Part shown: in pieces, positions 12,367 through 23,187 of the stretch
Layout of the letters: every line of letters begins with the position of its first letter
Position numbering within the stretch: position 1 is the stretch's first letter
Origin: Clostridiales bacterium
GTDB taxonomy: Bacteria > Bacillota > Clostridia > Peptostreptococcales > Acidaminobacteraceae
Length of the DNA: 64,000 nt
NCBI GenBank assembly: GCA_016933835.1
Contig: JAFGAC010000002.1
Span: 26,809 to 90,808, forward strand
Direction: 5' to 3'
The notes under the pieces: generated by a model
The model's input: the letters and a program-made list of their open reading frames with translations, nothing else
The model's database searches: none
What the model was told of the DNA's origin: nothing
Position numbers and translations under genes: made by a program

Positions 12367-14349
12367 TCATTTTCTAATGTTTTTAATTATTTTTATCAAA
12401 ATTCTAAAAATTGAGTAATTTTCCTTTTGTATAGTTGGTTCTTGAATGTATCGATTATTTATGCTGAATCGGAATTTATTTGCGATGTTTATAAAATTGT
12501 CATCATTCTCATCGAATTCAATGCCGACATCATATTCTGAATCATTATGTATATATCTTACAATTTGTCCTTTAACTGTCCCTATAGAATCGACATCCAG
12601 TTCAACTTGTTTATTTATATTGAAATCAAATTTAGGGCAATATTCTTTTAAAGTCAGAAGCATGCCTTTTTCTGAGAAATCACTTACACTACCACAGTGG
12701 CCACATTGCTCGTGATGTTCACAGGAAGAAATCAATGATTTAAAAGCTAGATCAGTTGGGATTCTCTCAGTCTTTCTTGAACGTTTCTTTTCGAGTGCCA
12801 AGAAGACAGATATGAAAATTGCGGACATATTATAGACACACCATATGATGTTGATAAGGATGCCGCTCAAAAAGACTCCATAATTTCCTTTTGCAAGGAT
12901 ATTGAAATTTAGGATTAAAGCAAATACACTGGCTGCAAAAAGGAAAATATGAATGAAAGCCAGTTTGAAATTAAATTCATCCTTATTTTTAACAGTTCCT
13001 TTGGGTGTTACTATAAATTTCAATTCTCTATTTAAGAAGAACTCAGAGGCAAATGAGACAGCCAATTTCGGTGCCATGGCAGTATCGTAAATATGGCTCC
13101 ATATGGTATTTCTTTCATTGCCTGAAATTCTTTTAAAATACAGTGAGGTGCTCAGAAAATGAGGCAGAAATATCAAAAGCAAATCAAGTCCGTTTGCTGT
13201 GAAAATAATGACTCTGAAAATTAAAAAAAGCAGAGGAGATATGATATACACCATTTTTTGAAGACCGAACATCCAATAGACAAATCCATCTAAATAGATT
13301 AATTTTTGTGTAAAGGTCAGATTCTTCATCAATAATGGATTGTATTTTTTTATCACTTGTGTATTTCCGCGGCACCAGCGATCTCTTTGCTTCATCAAAT
13401 CTTGAAAATTTTCAGAAGTTAGACCGATGGCTAAAGTTTCTTTTACAAAAAAGCTTTTATAACCTGCGTTTTGAATAAGCATTCCCGTTGCCATATCTTC
13501 TGTTATAGACCCTGTTGGAATGCCACCGATATAATCAATGGCAGTTCTTCTGAATAATGCATTAGTGCCTACATGAAGGACTGCATTGAAATAGGCTCTT
13601 TTCTCTTGCATTGTTCTCATGAAAAAATCTTGCTCGTTCGGTATATTTGTACCCATCCCCAAATTGTATTGAAAAGGGTCCATGTTATAAAATACCTGTG
13701 GAGATTGAACAAATCCGGTTGCTTGATCTTCAAAATATTCAAGCATGCTTGTTATTATATTTTCCTTTGGAATCATGTCAGCATCCAAAAGAAGAAGAAA
13801 TTCTCCAGAAGCAATTTTTAATACGTTATTGATATTGCCGGCTTTTGCATGCTCCAGTTTTTCGCGTGTTACATAATGAATATCATAATGATGGCATAAT
13901 TCTCTTACAGATTCTCTTTTACCATCATCTCCCATGTAAATATTTATTTTGTCCTTGGGATAATCAATGTTCAAACATCCGATGATGGTTCTTTTTAGAA
14001 TATCTTCAGGTTCATTATAAGTTGAAATAATGACATCTATTGTAGGATTTTCCTCAAAAGGTGTCGTTCTTTCAAGAATGATAGCCTTGTGTCTAGAAAA
14101 TAAAAGACGCAAAACAAGATTTTGGCCGAGTGCAATTGTTTCAAAGAAAATTAAAAGAAATGCAAAAATAAAATCAATTGTGCCTATCCTTGGCAATGTA
14201 TAAAATATTCTCCAGATAATATATATTGAAGAAACAAACAGACCGAATAGACCTAGAAGATTCCGATATTTGTAACTTTCCTTGCTTAATGAATAAAAAA
14301 TTAAAATAATCATAAGCATAATGACTGAGATGCTAATTTTAATTATCAA
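12367..14349 (-). CDS. BcsA-like family-2 glycosyltransferase with C-terminal PilZ (c-di-GMP receptor) domain
   Basis: 660 aa. N-terminal TM helices, GT2 core (DADM, TEDMAT), processive-synthase motif QRDRWCRGN, further TM helices. PilZ RxxxR (RKTER) and DxSxxG (DFSEKG). Confidence 0.85.
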   Translation of the reverse strand: MIIKISISVIMLMIILIFYSLSKESYKYRNLLGLFGLFVSSIYIIWRIFYTLPRIGTIDFIFAFLLIFFETIALGQNLVLRLLFSRHKAIILERTTPFEENPTIDVIISTYNEPEDILKRTIIGCLNIDYPKDKINIYMGDDGKRESVRELCHHYDIHYVTREKLEHAKAGNINNVLKIASGEFLLLLDADMIPKENIITSMLEYFEDQATGFVQSPQVFYNMDPFQYNLGMGTNIPNEQDFFMRTMQEKRAYFNAVLHVGTNALFRRTAIDYIGGIPTGSITEDMATGMLIQNAGYKSFFVKETLAIGLTSENFQDLMKQRDRWCRGNTQVIKKYNPLLMKNLTFTQKLIYLDGFVYWMFGLQKMVYIISPLLFLIFRVIIFTANGLDLLLIFLPHFLSTSLYFKRISGNERNTIWSHIYDTAMAPKLAVSFASEFFLNRELKFIVTPKGTVKNKDEFNFKLAFIHIFLFAASVFALILNFNILAKGNYGVFLSGILINIIWCVYNMSAIFISVFLALEKKRSRKTERIPTDLAFKSLISSCEHHEQCGHCGSVSDFSEKGMLLTLKEYCPKFDFNINKQVELDVDSIGTVKGQIVRYIHNDSEYDVGIEFDENDDNFINIANKFRFSINNRYIQEPTIQKENYSIFRILIKIIKNIRK

Positions 14350-14364
14350 AAGAATACCTCCATT

Positions 14365-15351
14365 TTAAAACTGTACAAAACCCATTTTATCTTTCACTCT
14401 CTTCACAACGTCGGAAGATATTTCATTGGCTCTCATAGCGCCTTCTTTCAGTATTTCTTTCAATTCATCACTGCCACGCAATTCATTGTATCTTTCTTTG
14501 ATAGGTTTAATGTAATTGATGATGACTTGCACTAAATCTTTCTTTAAATTACCATAGCCTTGTCCTTTGTACTTCTCTTCAAGTTCTTTGATAGAGATAT
14601 TGCCGAATACAGAATAAAGGGTCAACAGATTGCTTACACCCGGCTTATTCTCCCAATCCAATCTGATTTCAGAATCACTGTCTGTCGTTGCTCGCATAAT
14701 GCTTTTTTTGATCTTTGCATCAGTTTCAAGAAGGCCAATTTTGCTGAATTCATTGGGATTGCTTTTGCTCATCTTAGTAGTGGGATCATCAAGTGACATG
14801 ATACGTGCACCTACTTTAGGATAAATGCCTTCTGGCACAGTAAATGTATTACCGAATTTATTGTTGAAGCGAAGTGCAATATCTCTTGTCAATTCCAAAT
14901 GTTGTTTTTGATCGTCTCCAACAGGAACATAATTGGTATCATATGCTAAAATATCAGCTGCCATCAGAATAGGATATGTGTAAAGTCCAGTTGTCACAGA
15001 AGTCATTTTTTGAGATTTGTCTTTAAACTGGGTCATTCTATTCAATTCTCCCATGTATGAGTTGCATTGGAGGAGCCAGGCCAGTTCAGTATGTGCAGGA
15101 ACCTGAGATTGTAAAAATAAAGTCACTTTTTTAGGATCAAGACCTATTGCAATATATAATGCAGCAAGTTCCAATGAATTTTCATAAAGAACTTTGGGAT
15201 CTTGAGGGACTGTGACTGAATGAAGATCGACAATACAATAAAAACAGTCATTGTTGCTGTCTTCTTGTAGTTTGACGAAATTCTGCATAGCTGAGTAGTT
15301 GCCAAGGTGAATCATTCCAGATGGCTGTACTCCTGAAAAAACTCTTTTCAT
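14365..15351 (-). CDS. trpS: tryptophanyl-tRNA synthetase
   Basis: Class I motifs GMIHLGNY (HIGH-type) and KMSKS. Start placed at ATG 15349-15351 (MKRVFSGVQPSG) with GGAGG at 15358-15362. The upstream TTG in the ORF track overlaps the RBS. Confidence 0.93.
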   Translation of the reverse strand: MKRVFSGVQPSGMIHLGNYSAMQNFVKLQEDSNNDCFYCIVDLHSVTVPQDPKVLYENSLELAALYIAIGLDPKKVTLFLQSQVPAHTELAWLLQCNSYMGELNRMTQFKDKSQKMTSVTTGLYTYPILMAADILAYDTNYVPVGDDQKQHLELTRDIALRFNNKFGNTFTVPEGIYPKVGARIMSLDDPTTKMSKSNPNEFSKIGLLETDAKIKKSIMRATTDSDSEIRLDWENKPGVSNLLTLYSVFGNISIKELEEKYKGQGYGNLKKDLVQVIINYIKPIKERYNELRGSDELKEILKEGAMRANEISSDVVKRVKDKMGFVQF

Positions 15352-15381
15352 AGTGTTTACCTCCAAGCGATAGTTTTAATT

Positions 15382-15410
15382 ATTATATTACTTTAAAAGT
15401 TAATTTTCAA
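15382..15410 (-). promoter_or_regulatory. sigma-A promoter for trpS (TTGAAA-17-TATAAT)
   Basis: On the minus strand, TTGAAA is at 15405-15410 and TATAAT at 15382-15387, with a 17-nt spacer. This leaves a leader of about 30 nt. Confidence 0.55.
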
Positions 15411-15511
15411 CTTGAGGAAATATATGTTATTATAGTAATGATGGGAAAAAACTGTTGACAAGTTACATAATATACTGTTTACTTGATATATTATGGAAAA
15501 AAGGAGTACGT

Positions 15512-17083
15512 ATGATAGAAACAATGAAATTTACCGAATTTGGACTTTCTAGCAAAATATTGAAAATCATTGACCAGAAGGGTTTTGAAGAGGCGACGCC
15601 AATTCAGACTAAAATGATTCCTTTATTAATAGGAAGAGATACTGATGTAATAGCAAAAGCGCAAACTGGAACAGGCAAGACAGCGGCTTTTGGTATTCCA
15701 CTACTAGATAAATTGGTGTTTAATAAACAGCCAAAAGTACTAGTTATTACACCTACGAGAGAATTAGCCATACAAGTATCAGAAGAGCTAAACTCATTAA
15801 AACCAAGCAAAGACATGAGAATCATGCCGGTTTACGGAGGTTCATCCATGGATATGCAGTTAAAGGCTTTAAGGAGTGGACTTGATATTGTTGTAGGGAC
15901 GCCAGGACGTGTTATGGATCATATGAGACGTAACAAGAACTTGTTCTCTTCAATTGATTATCTTGTTCTAGATGAAGCTGATGAAATGCTTAGTATGGGT
16001 TTTATAGAAGATATTGAGTTTATTATTTCGCAATCAAATGCAGAGAAAAATATTTTACTTTTATCGGCTACAATGCCTAAAGAAATTGTCAATTTATCTA
16101 AAAGATTTTTAAAAGAACCAGAAAGAATTGAAATTCAATCTAAGCAATTGACAACTGAATTGACAAGACAAATTTATTTTGAAGTAAAAAGCAACGACAA
16201 ACTTGAGTCACTATGCCGAATCATCGATATTGAAAATGAATTTTATGGTATCATCTTCTGTAGGACTAAAAATGACACAGATGCTGTATCAAATCAATTA
16301 GTTGAAAGAGGTTATGATGCGGAAGCGCTTCATGGTGATATTTCTCAGAATCAAAGAGAGAGAATATTTAAAAAATTCAAGAGCAAGAATGTCAACATTC
16401 TAGTAGCAACTGATGTTGCAGCTAGAGGAATAGATGTTTCTGGTTTGACACATGTAATTAACTATTCAATTCCACAAGATCCTGAAAGTTATGTTCATAG
16501 AATTGGACGTACGGGTCGTGCAGGACTTGAAGGTACTGCAATTACATTTGTAACACCTTCTGAGTATAAGAAACTTCATTTTATTACTCAGGCGACGAAG
16601 ACTTCAATTGAAAAAGCTAAAATTCCTAAAATTGATGACGTAATTGTGATGAAGCAAAATCATATTTTGACAACGATAGATGTTTCTGTTGGAAATTATA
16701 AAGAAGATGTCTATTATCAAATGGCTGAGAAATTGATGGAGGAATATGATACTAAGGAAGCAATAGCAACTTTATTGAAACTTAGTTACAATGAAGAGTT
16801 GGATCCTAATCAATATGCTCAAATCAGTGAAGTGGAATTGAACAAGTCAGGCAAAGCAAGATTGTTTATTGCCAAAGGCAAAATGGATAACTTTGATAAA
16901 ACTGCATTGATCAAGTATATTGTTCAAGAATCTGGTGTGAAATCGAATAAAATCAGAGACGTACGCGTATTAGATAAGTTTTCATTCATTACAGTTGGTT
17001 TTAAAGAAGCTGAAGAGATTGTAAAGGCTTTTAAAAACAAAAAAGTTGGGCGTAAGAAAATCATAGAATACGCAAAGAACTAA
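15512..17083 (+). CDS. DEAD-box ATP-dependent RNA helicase with DbpA-type C-terminal RNA-binding domain
   Basis: AQTGTGKT, DEAD, SAT and HRIGRTGRAG motifs. Start placed at ATG 15512 after AAGGAG (the ORF track extends to 15455). Confidence 0.93.
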   Translation: MIETMKFTEFGLSSKILKIIDQKGFEEATPIQTKMIPLLIGRDTDVIAKAQTGTGKTAAFGIPLLDKLVFNKQPKVLVITPTRELAIQVSEELNSLKPSKDMRIMPVYGGSSMDMQLKALRSGLDIVVGTPGRVMDHMRRNKNLFSSIDYLVLDEADEMLSMGFIEDIEFIISQSNAEKNILLLSATMPKEIVNLSKRFLKEPERIEIQSKQLTTELTRQIYFEVKSNDKLESLCRIIDIENEFYGIIFCRTKNDTDAVSNQLVERGYDAEALHGDISQNQRERIFKKFKSKNVNILVATDVAARGIDVSGLTHVINYSIPQDPESYVHRIGRTGRAGLEGTAITFVTPSEYKKLHFITQATKTSIEKAKIPKIDDVIVMKQNHILTTIDVSVGNYKEDVYYQMAEKLMEEYDTKEAIATLLKLSYNEELDPNQYAQISEVELNKSGKARLFIAKGKMDNFDKTALIKYIVQESGVKSNKIRDVRVLDKFSFITVGFKEAEEIVKAFKNKKVGRKKIIEYAKN

Positions 17084-17090
17084 TATAATT

Positions 17091-17125
17091 AGACTATCTG
17101 TAATAATTGCAGATAGTCTTTTTTG
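17091..17125 (+). terminator. intrinsic terminator after the helicase gene
   Basis: AGACTATCTG / CAGATAGTCT 10-bp stem followed by TTTTTT. Confidence 0.8.
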
Positions 17126-17243
17126 GATATAGGGAAAATAAATAAAATTACTGTAAACAAATTAATAAATAGTTAGATAAAATATAGAAAACGTATAAAA
17201 ATTTACTTAAAATCAAATAAATATCGAGTTTTTTTAATATATA

Positions 17244-17270
17244 TAAAAAATATATAAAAAAATCCGATAT
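17244..17270 (+). promoter_or_regulatory. sigma-D (sigma-28) type promoter upstream of cheA
   Basis: TAAA (17244-17247), N15, tCCGATAT (17263-17270), compared with the B. subtilis SigD consensus TAAA-N15-GCCGATAT. Confidence 0.6.
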
Positions 17271-17310
17271 AATAAATAGTAAATATAAATGAACATAAGG
17301 GGTGAAGATA

Positions 17311-19299
17311 ATGTCTTTTGAAAAAGATGATATAATGCTTGAAATATACATACATGAGACAGAAACGCTTATTGACCAGCTAGAGGCTGAAATCATCAAA
17401 ACTGAAACAAATCAAGAAATTCATTCGAGTATAGACGAAATCTTTAGGGTCATGCATACCATAAAAGGAAATTCAATGATGATGGATTTTGAATACATTG
17501 GTTCTCTTGCGCATGAAATTGAAGATTTATTTGATTTTTTGAGAAATAAAGATTTTAGATTGGATGACTATTCTCAAATTATCGATTTGATCTTGGCTTC
17601 TATTGATTATTTCAAAGTCGAAATAGACAAAATTCAAAATAATGATTCAAACTTATTGCCTGCTGAAGATTTGAAAAAAAGAATACGAAATTATTTGAAT
17701 TCTCTTAAGGGTGTTGTAGACAACAGAAAAGTAGTGAGTGAAAAAAGTGAAAAAGAGCTTATGGATATTGTAGCTGACAAACTTTACTATGTTCAAAGCA
17801 CTTTTACAGATGAGTGTCAGATGGAGGGTGTTAGAGCATTCGCCATCGCTTTTGAACTTGAACAAGTTGTAGAAAATCTTATCTATTATCCAATGAATCT
17901 TGAAGATCCCAATGCGAGGGACTTGATAAGAAAAGATGGATTTAGAATGTTGATCAATGGGATTCAGGAGAAGGAATTTTTTGAGGAATATCTGAGTAAA
18001 AATTTTTACTTGAAGGAATTCAATGTACAACCGATTACTTTGGATGAATTTCAAAAAATCTATTTGAATGATGGCATAATGATCAAAAATGAAAAAAAAT
18101 CTAAAAAAAATACTGAATCAAAAGAAAAAATGCCAGCTGTAAACAAGCAAAAATTCATCAGTGTTAAAGTAGATTACTTGGATACATTACTTAATCTTGT
18201 TGGAGAAATTGTTATTTCAGAGTCAATGGTAAGTAGAAATAAAGACTTGGAAGGATTGCAATTGGATAATTTTAGCAAGTCAGTGCATCAAATGAGAAAA
18301 ATTGTTAAAGATTTGCAAGATGTAGTTATGGAAATCCGTATGGTGCCGTTGACAATGACTTTTCAAAAAATGAATCGTATCGTCAGAGATGTAGCCAGTA
18401 AAACTGACAAAAAAGTAGACTTTGAACTTTTAGGTGAAGATACACAGGTCGATAAAAATATCATTGAAAATATTTCAGATCCTTTGATGCATTTGATTAG
18501 AAATGCAGTAGACCATGGGATTGAATCAACTGAAGAAAGACTTGATAATGGAAAATCGGCTGAAGGAAAAGTTGTTTTAAGCGCTAAAAAATCTGGAGGA
18601 GATATTTATATTTCTGTAGAAGATGATGGCAAAGGGCTTGATGAGAAGAAAATCTATCTTAAAGCTTTTGAAAAAGGTTTACTGACTGAGCCTTATGAAG
18701 AATATACAAAAAAAGATATTCTTGATCAAATTTTTACTGCAGGCTTTTCTACTAAAGAGCAAGTGACGGGTTTTTCTGGTAGAGGCGTTGGAATGGATGT
18801 AGTAAAAACTGATATTGCAAAAATAGGCGGCAGCATTACCATTCAAACTGAAGTTGGCAAAGGTTCAATTTTTAAAATAAAAATTCCAATGACCTTGGCG
18901 ATTATTGATGGAATGATTGTAAGAATTGCTGATCAAAAATTTATTTTACCGATTAATGCCATTCAAGAGACTTTTAAACCAGAAAAGAAAAATATCACAA
19001 AAGACGGTTTAGAAGAACTGATGATTTTGAGAGGTGAAGCAATCAACATCATTGATTTACCAAAACTTTATGGCATAAAAGCAGATTCCGAAGAAAAAGA
19101 AGACGGTATCATAGTTGTCATTGAAGCTGAGGGAAATAAGACATGTGTTTTTGTTGATGAAATCATTGGCGAGCATCAAGTGGTCGTTAAAAATTTCAAT
19201 TCATATATACAAAAAGTTAAAGGATTGACAGGAACGGCATTGCTTGGTAATGGAGAAATAAGTTTGATATTGGATCCATTGGATTTACTAAATGAATAG
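17311..19299 (+). CDS. cheA: chemotaxis histidine kinase CheA
   Basis: HPt site HTIKGNS, dimerisation and HATPase domains (DHGIE, GRGVGMDVV), C-terminal CheW-like domain. Start placed at ATG 17311 after AAGGGG (ORF track GTG at 17302). Confidence 0.95.
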   Translation: MSFEKDDIMLEIYIHETETLIDQLEAEIIKTETNQEIHSSIDEIFRVMHTIKGNSMMMDFEYIGSLAHEIEDLFDFLRNKDFRLDDYSQIIDLILASIDYFKVEIDKIQNNDSNLLPAEDLKKRIRNYLNSLKGVVDNRKVVSEKSEKELMDIVADKLYYVQSTFTDECQMEGVRAFAIAFELEQVVENLIYYPMNLEDPNARDLIRKDGFRMLINGIQEKEFFEEYLSKNFYLKEFNVQPITLDEFQKIYLNDGIMIKNEKKSKKNTESKEKMPAVNKQKFISVKVDYLDTLLNLVGEIVISESMVSRNKDLEGLQLDNFSKSVHQMRKIVKDLQDVVMEIRMVPLTMTFQKMNRIVRDVASKTDKKVDFELLGEDTQVDKNIIENISDPLMHLIRNAVDHGIESTEERLDNGKSAEGKVVLSAKKSGGDIYISVEDDGKGLDEKKIYLKAFEKGLLTEPYEEYTKKDILDQIFTAGFSTKEQVTGFSGRGVGMDVVKTDIAKIGGSITIQTEVGKGSIFKIKIPMTLAIIDGMIVRIADQKFILPINAIQETFKPEKKNITKDGLEELMILRGEAINIIDLPKLYGIKADSEEKEDGIIVVIEAEGNKTCVFVDEIIGEHQVVVKNFNSYIQKVKGLTGTALLGNGEISLILDPLDLLNE

Positions 19300-19313
19300 G
19301 TGGTGAGATTAGA

Positions 19314-19778
19314 ATGAGCACTCAAGAGAATGATTATTTAAAAAACAAATATTTGGAAGTTCTTTTAGAAAAAACAGTTTATGGAATCGATGTTACAAGT
19401 GTTGTTGAAATATTGAGGTATAGAGAAATCAACCATGTGCATGGGCAGCCGGATTATATTGAAGGTTCTATTGTTTTCAGAGAAAAAGCAGTCCCTGTTT
19501 TCAATCTTAGAAAAAGATTTGAATTGGAAGCAAAAGAAGCAGATGAAAACACTTGTATTATTGCATTGAATGTCAAAGGTAAGAGTGTTGGATTTATTGT
19601 TGACAATGTTGCAAACATTGTTGAGATTCAACCGGAGGAAATTACGGAAATTGAAGAATTCAACGTCAGTATCAGCAACCAGTTCATACTGGGAATAGCC
19701 ACAAAAAATAGACAAGTTGTATTGCTGGATTCTCAAAAGATATTGAGTAATAGAGAACTGAAAAATATTGAATTATAA
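19314..19778 (+). CDS. cheW: chemotaxis coupling protein CheW
   Basis: 154 aa single CheW domain, located next to cheA. Confidence 0.9.
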   Translation: MSTQENDYLKNKYLEVLLEKTVYGIDVTSVVEILRYREINHVHGQPDYIEGSIVFREKAVPVFNLRKRFELEAKEADENTCIIALNVKGKSVGFIVDNVANIVEIQPEEITEIEEFNVSISNQFILGIATKNRQVVLLDSQKILSNRELKNIEL

Positions 19779-19796
19779 TCTGGAGGGTAAACTGGA

Positions 19797-22682
19797 ATGG
19801 AAAAAAAGAGTAAGATCAATTTCAATTTCAAATTTGATTACAAGAAAGTGACGTCAAAATTGAATATGAATTACTTCAATAACATGTCTATCGGAAAGAA
19901 AATGTTAGGAATAGTGTCGGTTTTAATTGCAATTGTCCTTGGCGTATCTATCATTGTTGTATCCAATGTCAATTTGATAAAGAACAATGTATCGGAAATC
20001 AGCGATTTGAGAATGGGAGTCATAAAACAAGTCAACGACATTCAAAGTGCATTTAGCGAAATGATCATCAATGTCAATAAATATATGGATTCTTTTGATG
20101 AGTACGATTATATGAGTGCTGATCAAAATTTGTTGAAGATGGGAATCTACATAAAGAATGCGAAAGAATTTGTTGGTGATGATGAAACTCTTGTTGATTT
20201 CAAAGAATCGATAACGAGTGTTGAGACAAAATTAGTTGTCATAAGTGACAATTTAAAATCAATAAAAACAAACAGCATTGCTATTGTACCTAAAGTGGCA
20301 CAAGTTGAAGGCAGTATTGCTTTATTCAGATCAACTTTAGAAGAAATTGGAAATTTGGATAAAATAGGTTCAATCAGTGTTGAAGATGAATTTTTAAATG
20401 AAATAACAATTTTGACCAATACGACAGTTAGAAAATATTATGATTCTAAAGTAGGAATGAATGAAAAGAACTTGAGAGCTACAATCTCGAATTTTGAAAA
20501 AATGAATACTTTATTGAATGAAAAAATAGGGGCAACTGTTTCAGGTGCAACAGAATTGAAATTGGATGAATTGAGAAATTACTCAACGGAAGTAGTTGCA
20601 AGCATGAATACAGTGCTTGGTATTTGGGGTGAGCTCAATTCTTCAAATGAAACTATAAGTGCGACAGCTTCTGAAACGAATACAATCTTCAAAGATGTTG
20701 TATTTGCAAGTATTGAATCGTCGAAACTGGCTGCCGATGAAGCTGTGAAGGCAGTTGGCAATACAATGTACAATGCAATTTTCTCTGGTATTTTGATAAT
20801 GATTTCAATGTTTGTCTTATATTGGTTCATGAGAAACAACATTATGAGACCTATTTCCCGATTGACATCAGATGCAAAGAAAATGGCGGTAGGCGATACG
20901 GATATCAAATTGAGACAAAAGTTCAATGATGAAGTTGGACAGTTGATAGGTGCCTTCATTGAAATGGCTGACACTATCAAAGAACAAGCAGAAGCTGCTC
21001 GACAGGTAGCCCTTGGCAATCTGGACATCCATTTGGAAGAGAAATCTGAAAACGATATTCTAAGTCAAAACATCAATATCATGATTGATAACATCGAAAA
21101 GATGGCAAGTGAAATATTGGTGCTTAAAGAAGAGGGAGACAAGGGTCTTCACTCAGGTCGTGCAAATGTAGAAGGTCTTCAGGGCAAATATGCGGATATT
21201 CTAAATGGACTTAATGATATTTTAGACAACATTGGAAATCCTTTAAACGATCTCGTGAATTATTTTTCAATGATGGCAGAAGGCAACACACCTGAGAATA
21301 TCGATCAAAGTGTTTATAGAGGTGAATTCATTGATTTCATGCAGCTTGTCAATAAGATGCGAAATAATATCTACGGTGTGATCAATGAAGTCCAGTCTTT
21401 GACTGAAGCCGCGAAAGAAGGGAATCTTTCTTATAGAGCGGATGCAGACAGTTTGCCTGGAGAATACGGTTTGATTCTTTCAGGAATCAATTCGACATTG
21501 GAGGCGTTGCTTGAGCCAGTCAATGAATCAAGAGCAGTGATTGAAACTATGGCAAAAGGTGAAATGTCAGTAAGAGTCGTTGGCGATTACAAAGGGGATC
21601 ACGCTAAGTTGAAAGTAGCGGTCAATACAATGGGTGAGAAATTGGAAGATTATATCGCTGAAATTTCTCAGGTGCTCAATGAAATGGCCAACAACAATTT
21701 AAATCTTGAAATTAAAAAGGACTACTTAGGAGATTTTGTAGCGATAAAAGACTCCCTGAATAATATCATCAATGAATTCAATTATATGCTCGGTGAGATC
21801 AATACAGTTGCAGAACAAGTGGAATCAGGTTCTGAGCAAGTGTCTCAATCAAGTCAGGATCTTTCATCGGGTGCGTCAGACCAGGCAAGTTCAATTCAGG
21901 AAATATCGGCTTCAATGACACAGATAGGTGAGCAGACAAGGCAAAATGCATCTAATGCAAACAAGGCGAATGAGATTTCATCAAATGCTAAAAAAATGGC
22001 TGAAGAAGGCAACGAGAAAGTACAGGAAATGCTGACTGCCATGAAAGATATCAATGACTCTTCGAGAAACATATCAAAAATTATCAAGGTTATTGATGAA
22101 ATAGCATTTCAGACAAATATATTGGCTCTGAATGCAGCTGTAGAAGCGGCAAGAGCAGGTGAACATGGTAAAGGATTTGCTGTTGTTGCTGATGAAGTGA
22201 GAAATCTCGCGGGAAGAAGTGCACAAGCGGCAAAAGAAACAACTGACATGATTGACGATTCACTCAAGAAAATAAATCAAGGAACGCTTCTTTCTAAAGT
22301 GACTTCTCAAGCACTCGACAAGATTGTCAATGGTGTCACAGAAGCAGGAGAAATTGTTGGAGATATTGCAATTGCTTCAAATGAACAAGCTTCCGGCATT
22401 GCACAAATCAATGATGCCATTGAACAGGTTTCAAGAGTGACACAGTCGAACACAGCACTTGCTGAAGAAAGTGCATCAGCAAGTGAAGAGATGACATCAC
22501 AAGCACAAATGCTTGCTGAGCTTGTAGGAAAGTTTAATTTAAAATCATCAAGCAATAGAGTGAAGAAAGAAAAATTGATTAAAGAAGTAATAGAAGAAAA
22601 CGAAGAAAAAGTAGAAGAAGTCGCTTTCAATGATATCATCATCAACTTGGAAGATGATGGAAATGATTTTGGAAAATATTAA
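19797..22682 (+). CDS. methyl-accepting chemotaxis protein (long, multi-HAMP-like linker)
   Basis: 961 aa. Two TM segments flank a periplasmic-type domain of about 290 aa. HAMP plus about 300 aa of repeated HAMP-like helical units. Conserved signalling hairpin [38 protein letters not shown]. Confidence 0.93.
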   Translation: MEKKSKINFNFKFDYKKVTSKLNMNYFNNMSIGKKMLGIVSVLIAIVLGVSIIVVSNVNLIKNNVSEISDLRMGVIKQVNDIQSAFSEMIINVNKYMDSFDEYDYMSADQNLLKMGIYIKNAKEFVGDDETLVDFKESITSVETKLVVISDNLKSIKTNSIAIVPKVAQVEGSIALFRSTLEEIGNLDKIGSISVEDEFLNEITILTNTTVRKYYDSKVGMNEKNLRATISNFEKMNTLLNEKIGATVSGATELKLDELRNYSTEVVASMNTVLGIWGELNSSNETISATASETNTIFKDVVFASIESSKLAADEAVKAVGNTMYNAIFSGILIMISMFVLYWFMRNNIMRPISRLTSDAKKMAVGDTDIKLRQKFNDEVGQLIGAFIEMADTIKEQAEAARQVALGNLDIHLEEKSENDILSQNINIMIDNIEKMASEILVLKEEGDKGLHSGRANVEGLQGKYADILNGLNDILDNIGNPLNDLVNYFSMMAEGNTPENIDQSVYRGEFIDFMQLVNKMRNNIYGVINEVQSLTEAAKEGNLSYRADADSLPGEYGLILSGINSTLEALLEPVNESRAVIETMAKGEMSVRVVGDYKGDHAKLKVAVNTMGEKLEDYIAEISQVLNEMANNNLNLEIKKDYLGDFVAIKDSLNNIINEFNYMLGEINTVAEQVESGSEQVSQSSQDLSSGASDQASSIQEISASMTQIGEQTRQNASNANKANEISSNAKKMAEEGNEKVQEMLTAMKDINDSSRNISKIIKVIDEIAFQTNILALNAAVEAARAGEHGKGFAVVADEVRNLAGRSAQAAKETTDMIDDSLKKINQGTLLSKVTSQALDKIVNGVTEAGEIVGDIAIASNEQASGIAQINDAIEQVSRVTQSNTALAEESASASEEMTSQAQMLAELVGKFNLKSSSNRVKKEKLIKEVIEENEEKVEEVAFNDIIINLEDDGNDFGKY

Positions 22683-22738
22683 TGCAGCGAGCCTGAATAA
22701 TCAGGCTCCCTTGAAGTTTTTATAAAGGTGGTGAATAG

Positions 22739-23161
22739 ATGGACAGCAACAAGTATTTTACATTTAAAGTGGAAGAAGATTATTATGCTTTACCTGTCGA
22801 AATGATCAACCAGATCATAGGCATACAAAGCATTACATCTGTACCTAATCAGCCAAATTATTTAATCGGTGTGATTAACCTTAGGGGAATGATTATTCCA
22901 ATAGTTGATTTTAGGATGCGAATGAATTTTGATACAAAAGAATACAATGATAGAACGAGTATTGTCATAACAGAGAATGGCAATGTTCTGGTTGGCTTTA
23001 TTGTAGATGAAGTAACTGAAGTTTTAGAAATTGAGGATAAAAAAATCTCAAAACAATCCGATAAGAAGAATAGGAAAGAAAACGCCTTGATTGACGGATT
23101 TTATAAAACAGAAGATTTCATCGTAAAGATATTGAATTATACTCAAATAACACAACACTAA
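22739..23161 (+). CDS. cheW: chemotaxis coupling protein CheW (second copy)
   Basis: 140 aa CheW domain (VINLRGMIIPIVDFR). Confidence 0.88.
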   Translation: MDSNKYFTFKVEEDYYALPVEMINQIIGIQSITSVPNQPNYLIGVINLRGMIIPIVDFRMRMNFDTKEYNDRTSIVITENGNVLVGFIVDEVTEVLEIEDKKISKQSDKKNRKENALIDGFYKTEDFIVKILNYTQITQH

Positions 23162-23187
23162 TATAAAGTAAGTAAGTAGGTTATTAG

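Noticed and set aside
17148-17399. 83-aa minus-strand ORF upstream of cheA
   Set aside because: It is a low-complexity Ile/Leu/Tyr/Ser translation of an AT-rich promoter region and overlaps the cheA start.
22688-22720. Terminator between the MCP gene and the second cheW
   Set aside because: The GAGCCTGA/TCAGGCTC hairpin exists, but the downstream T-run is short and interrupted, and cheW follows with a good SD. It is more likely an intra-operon structure than a full stop.
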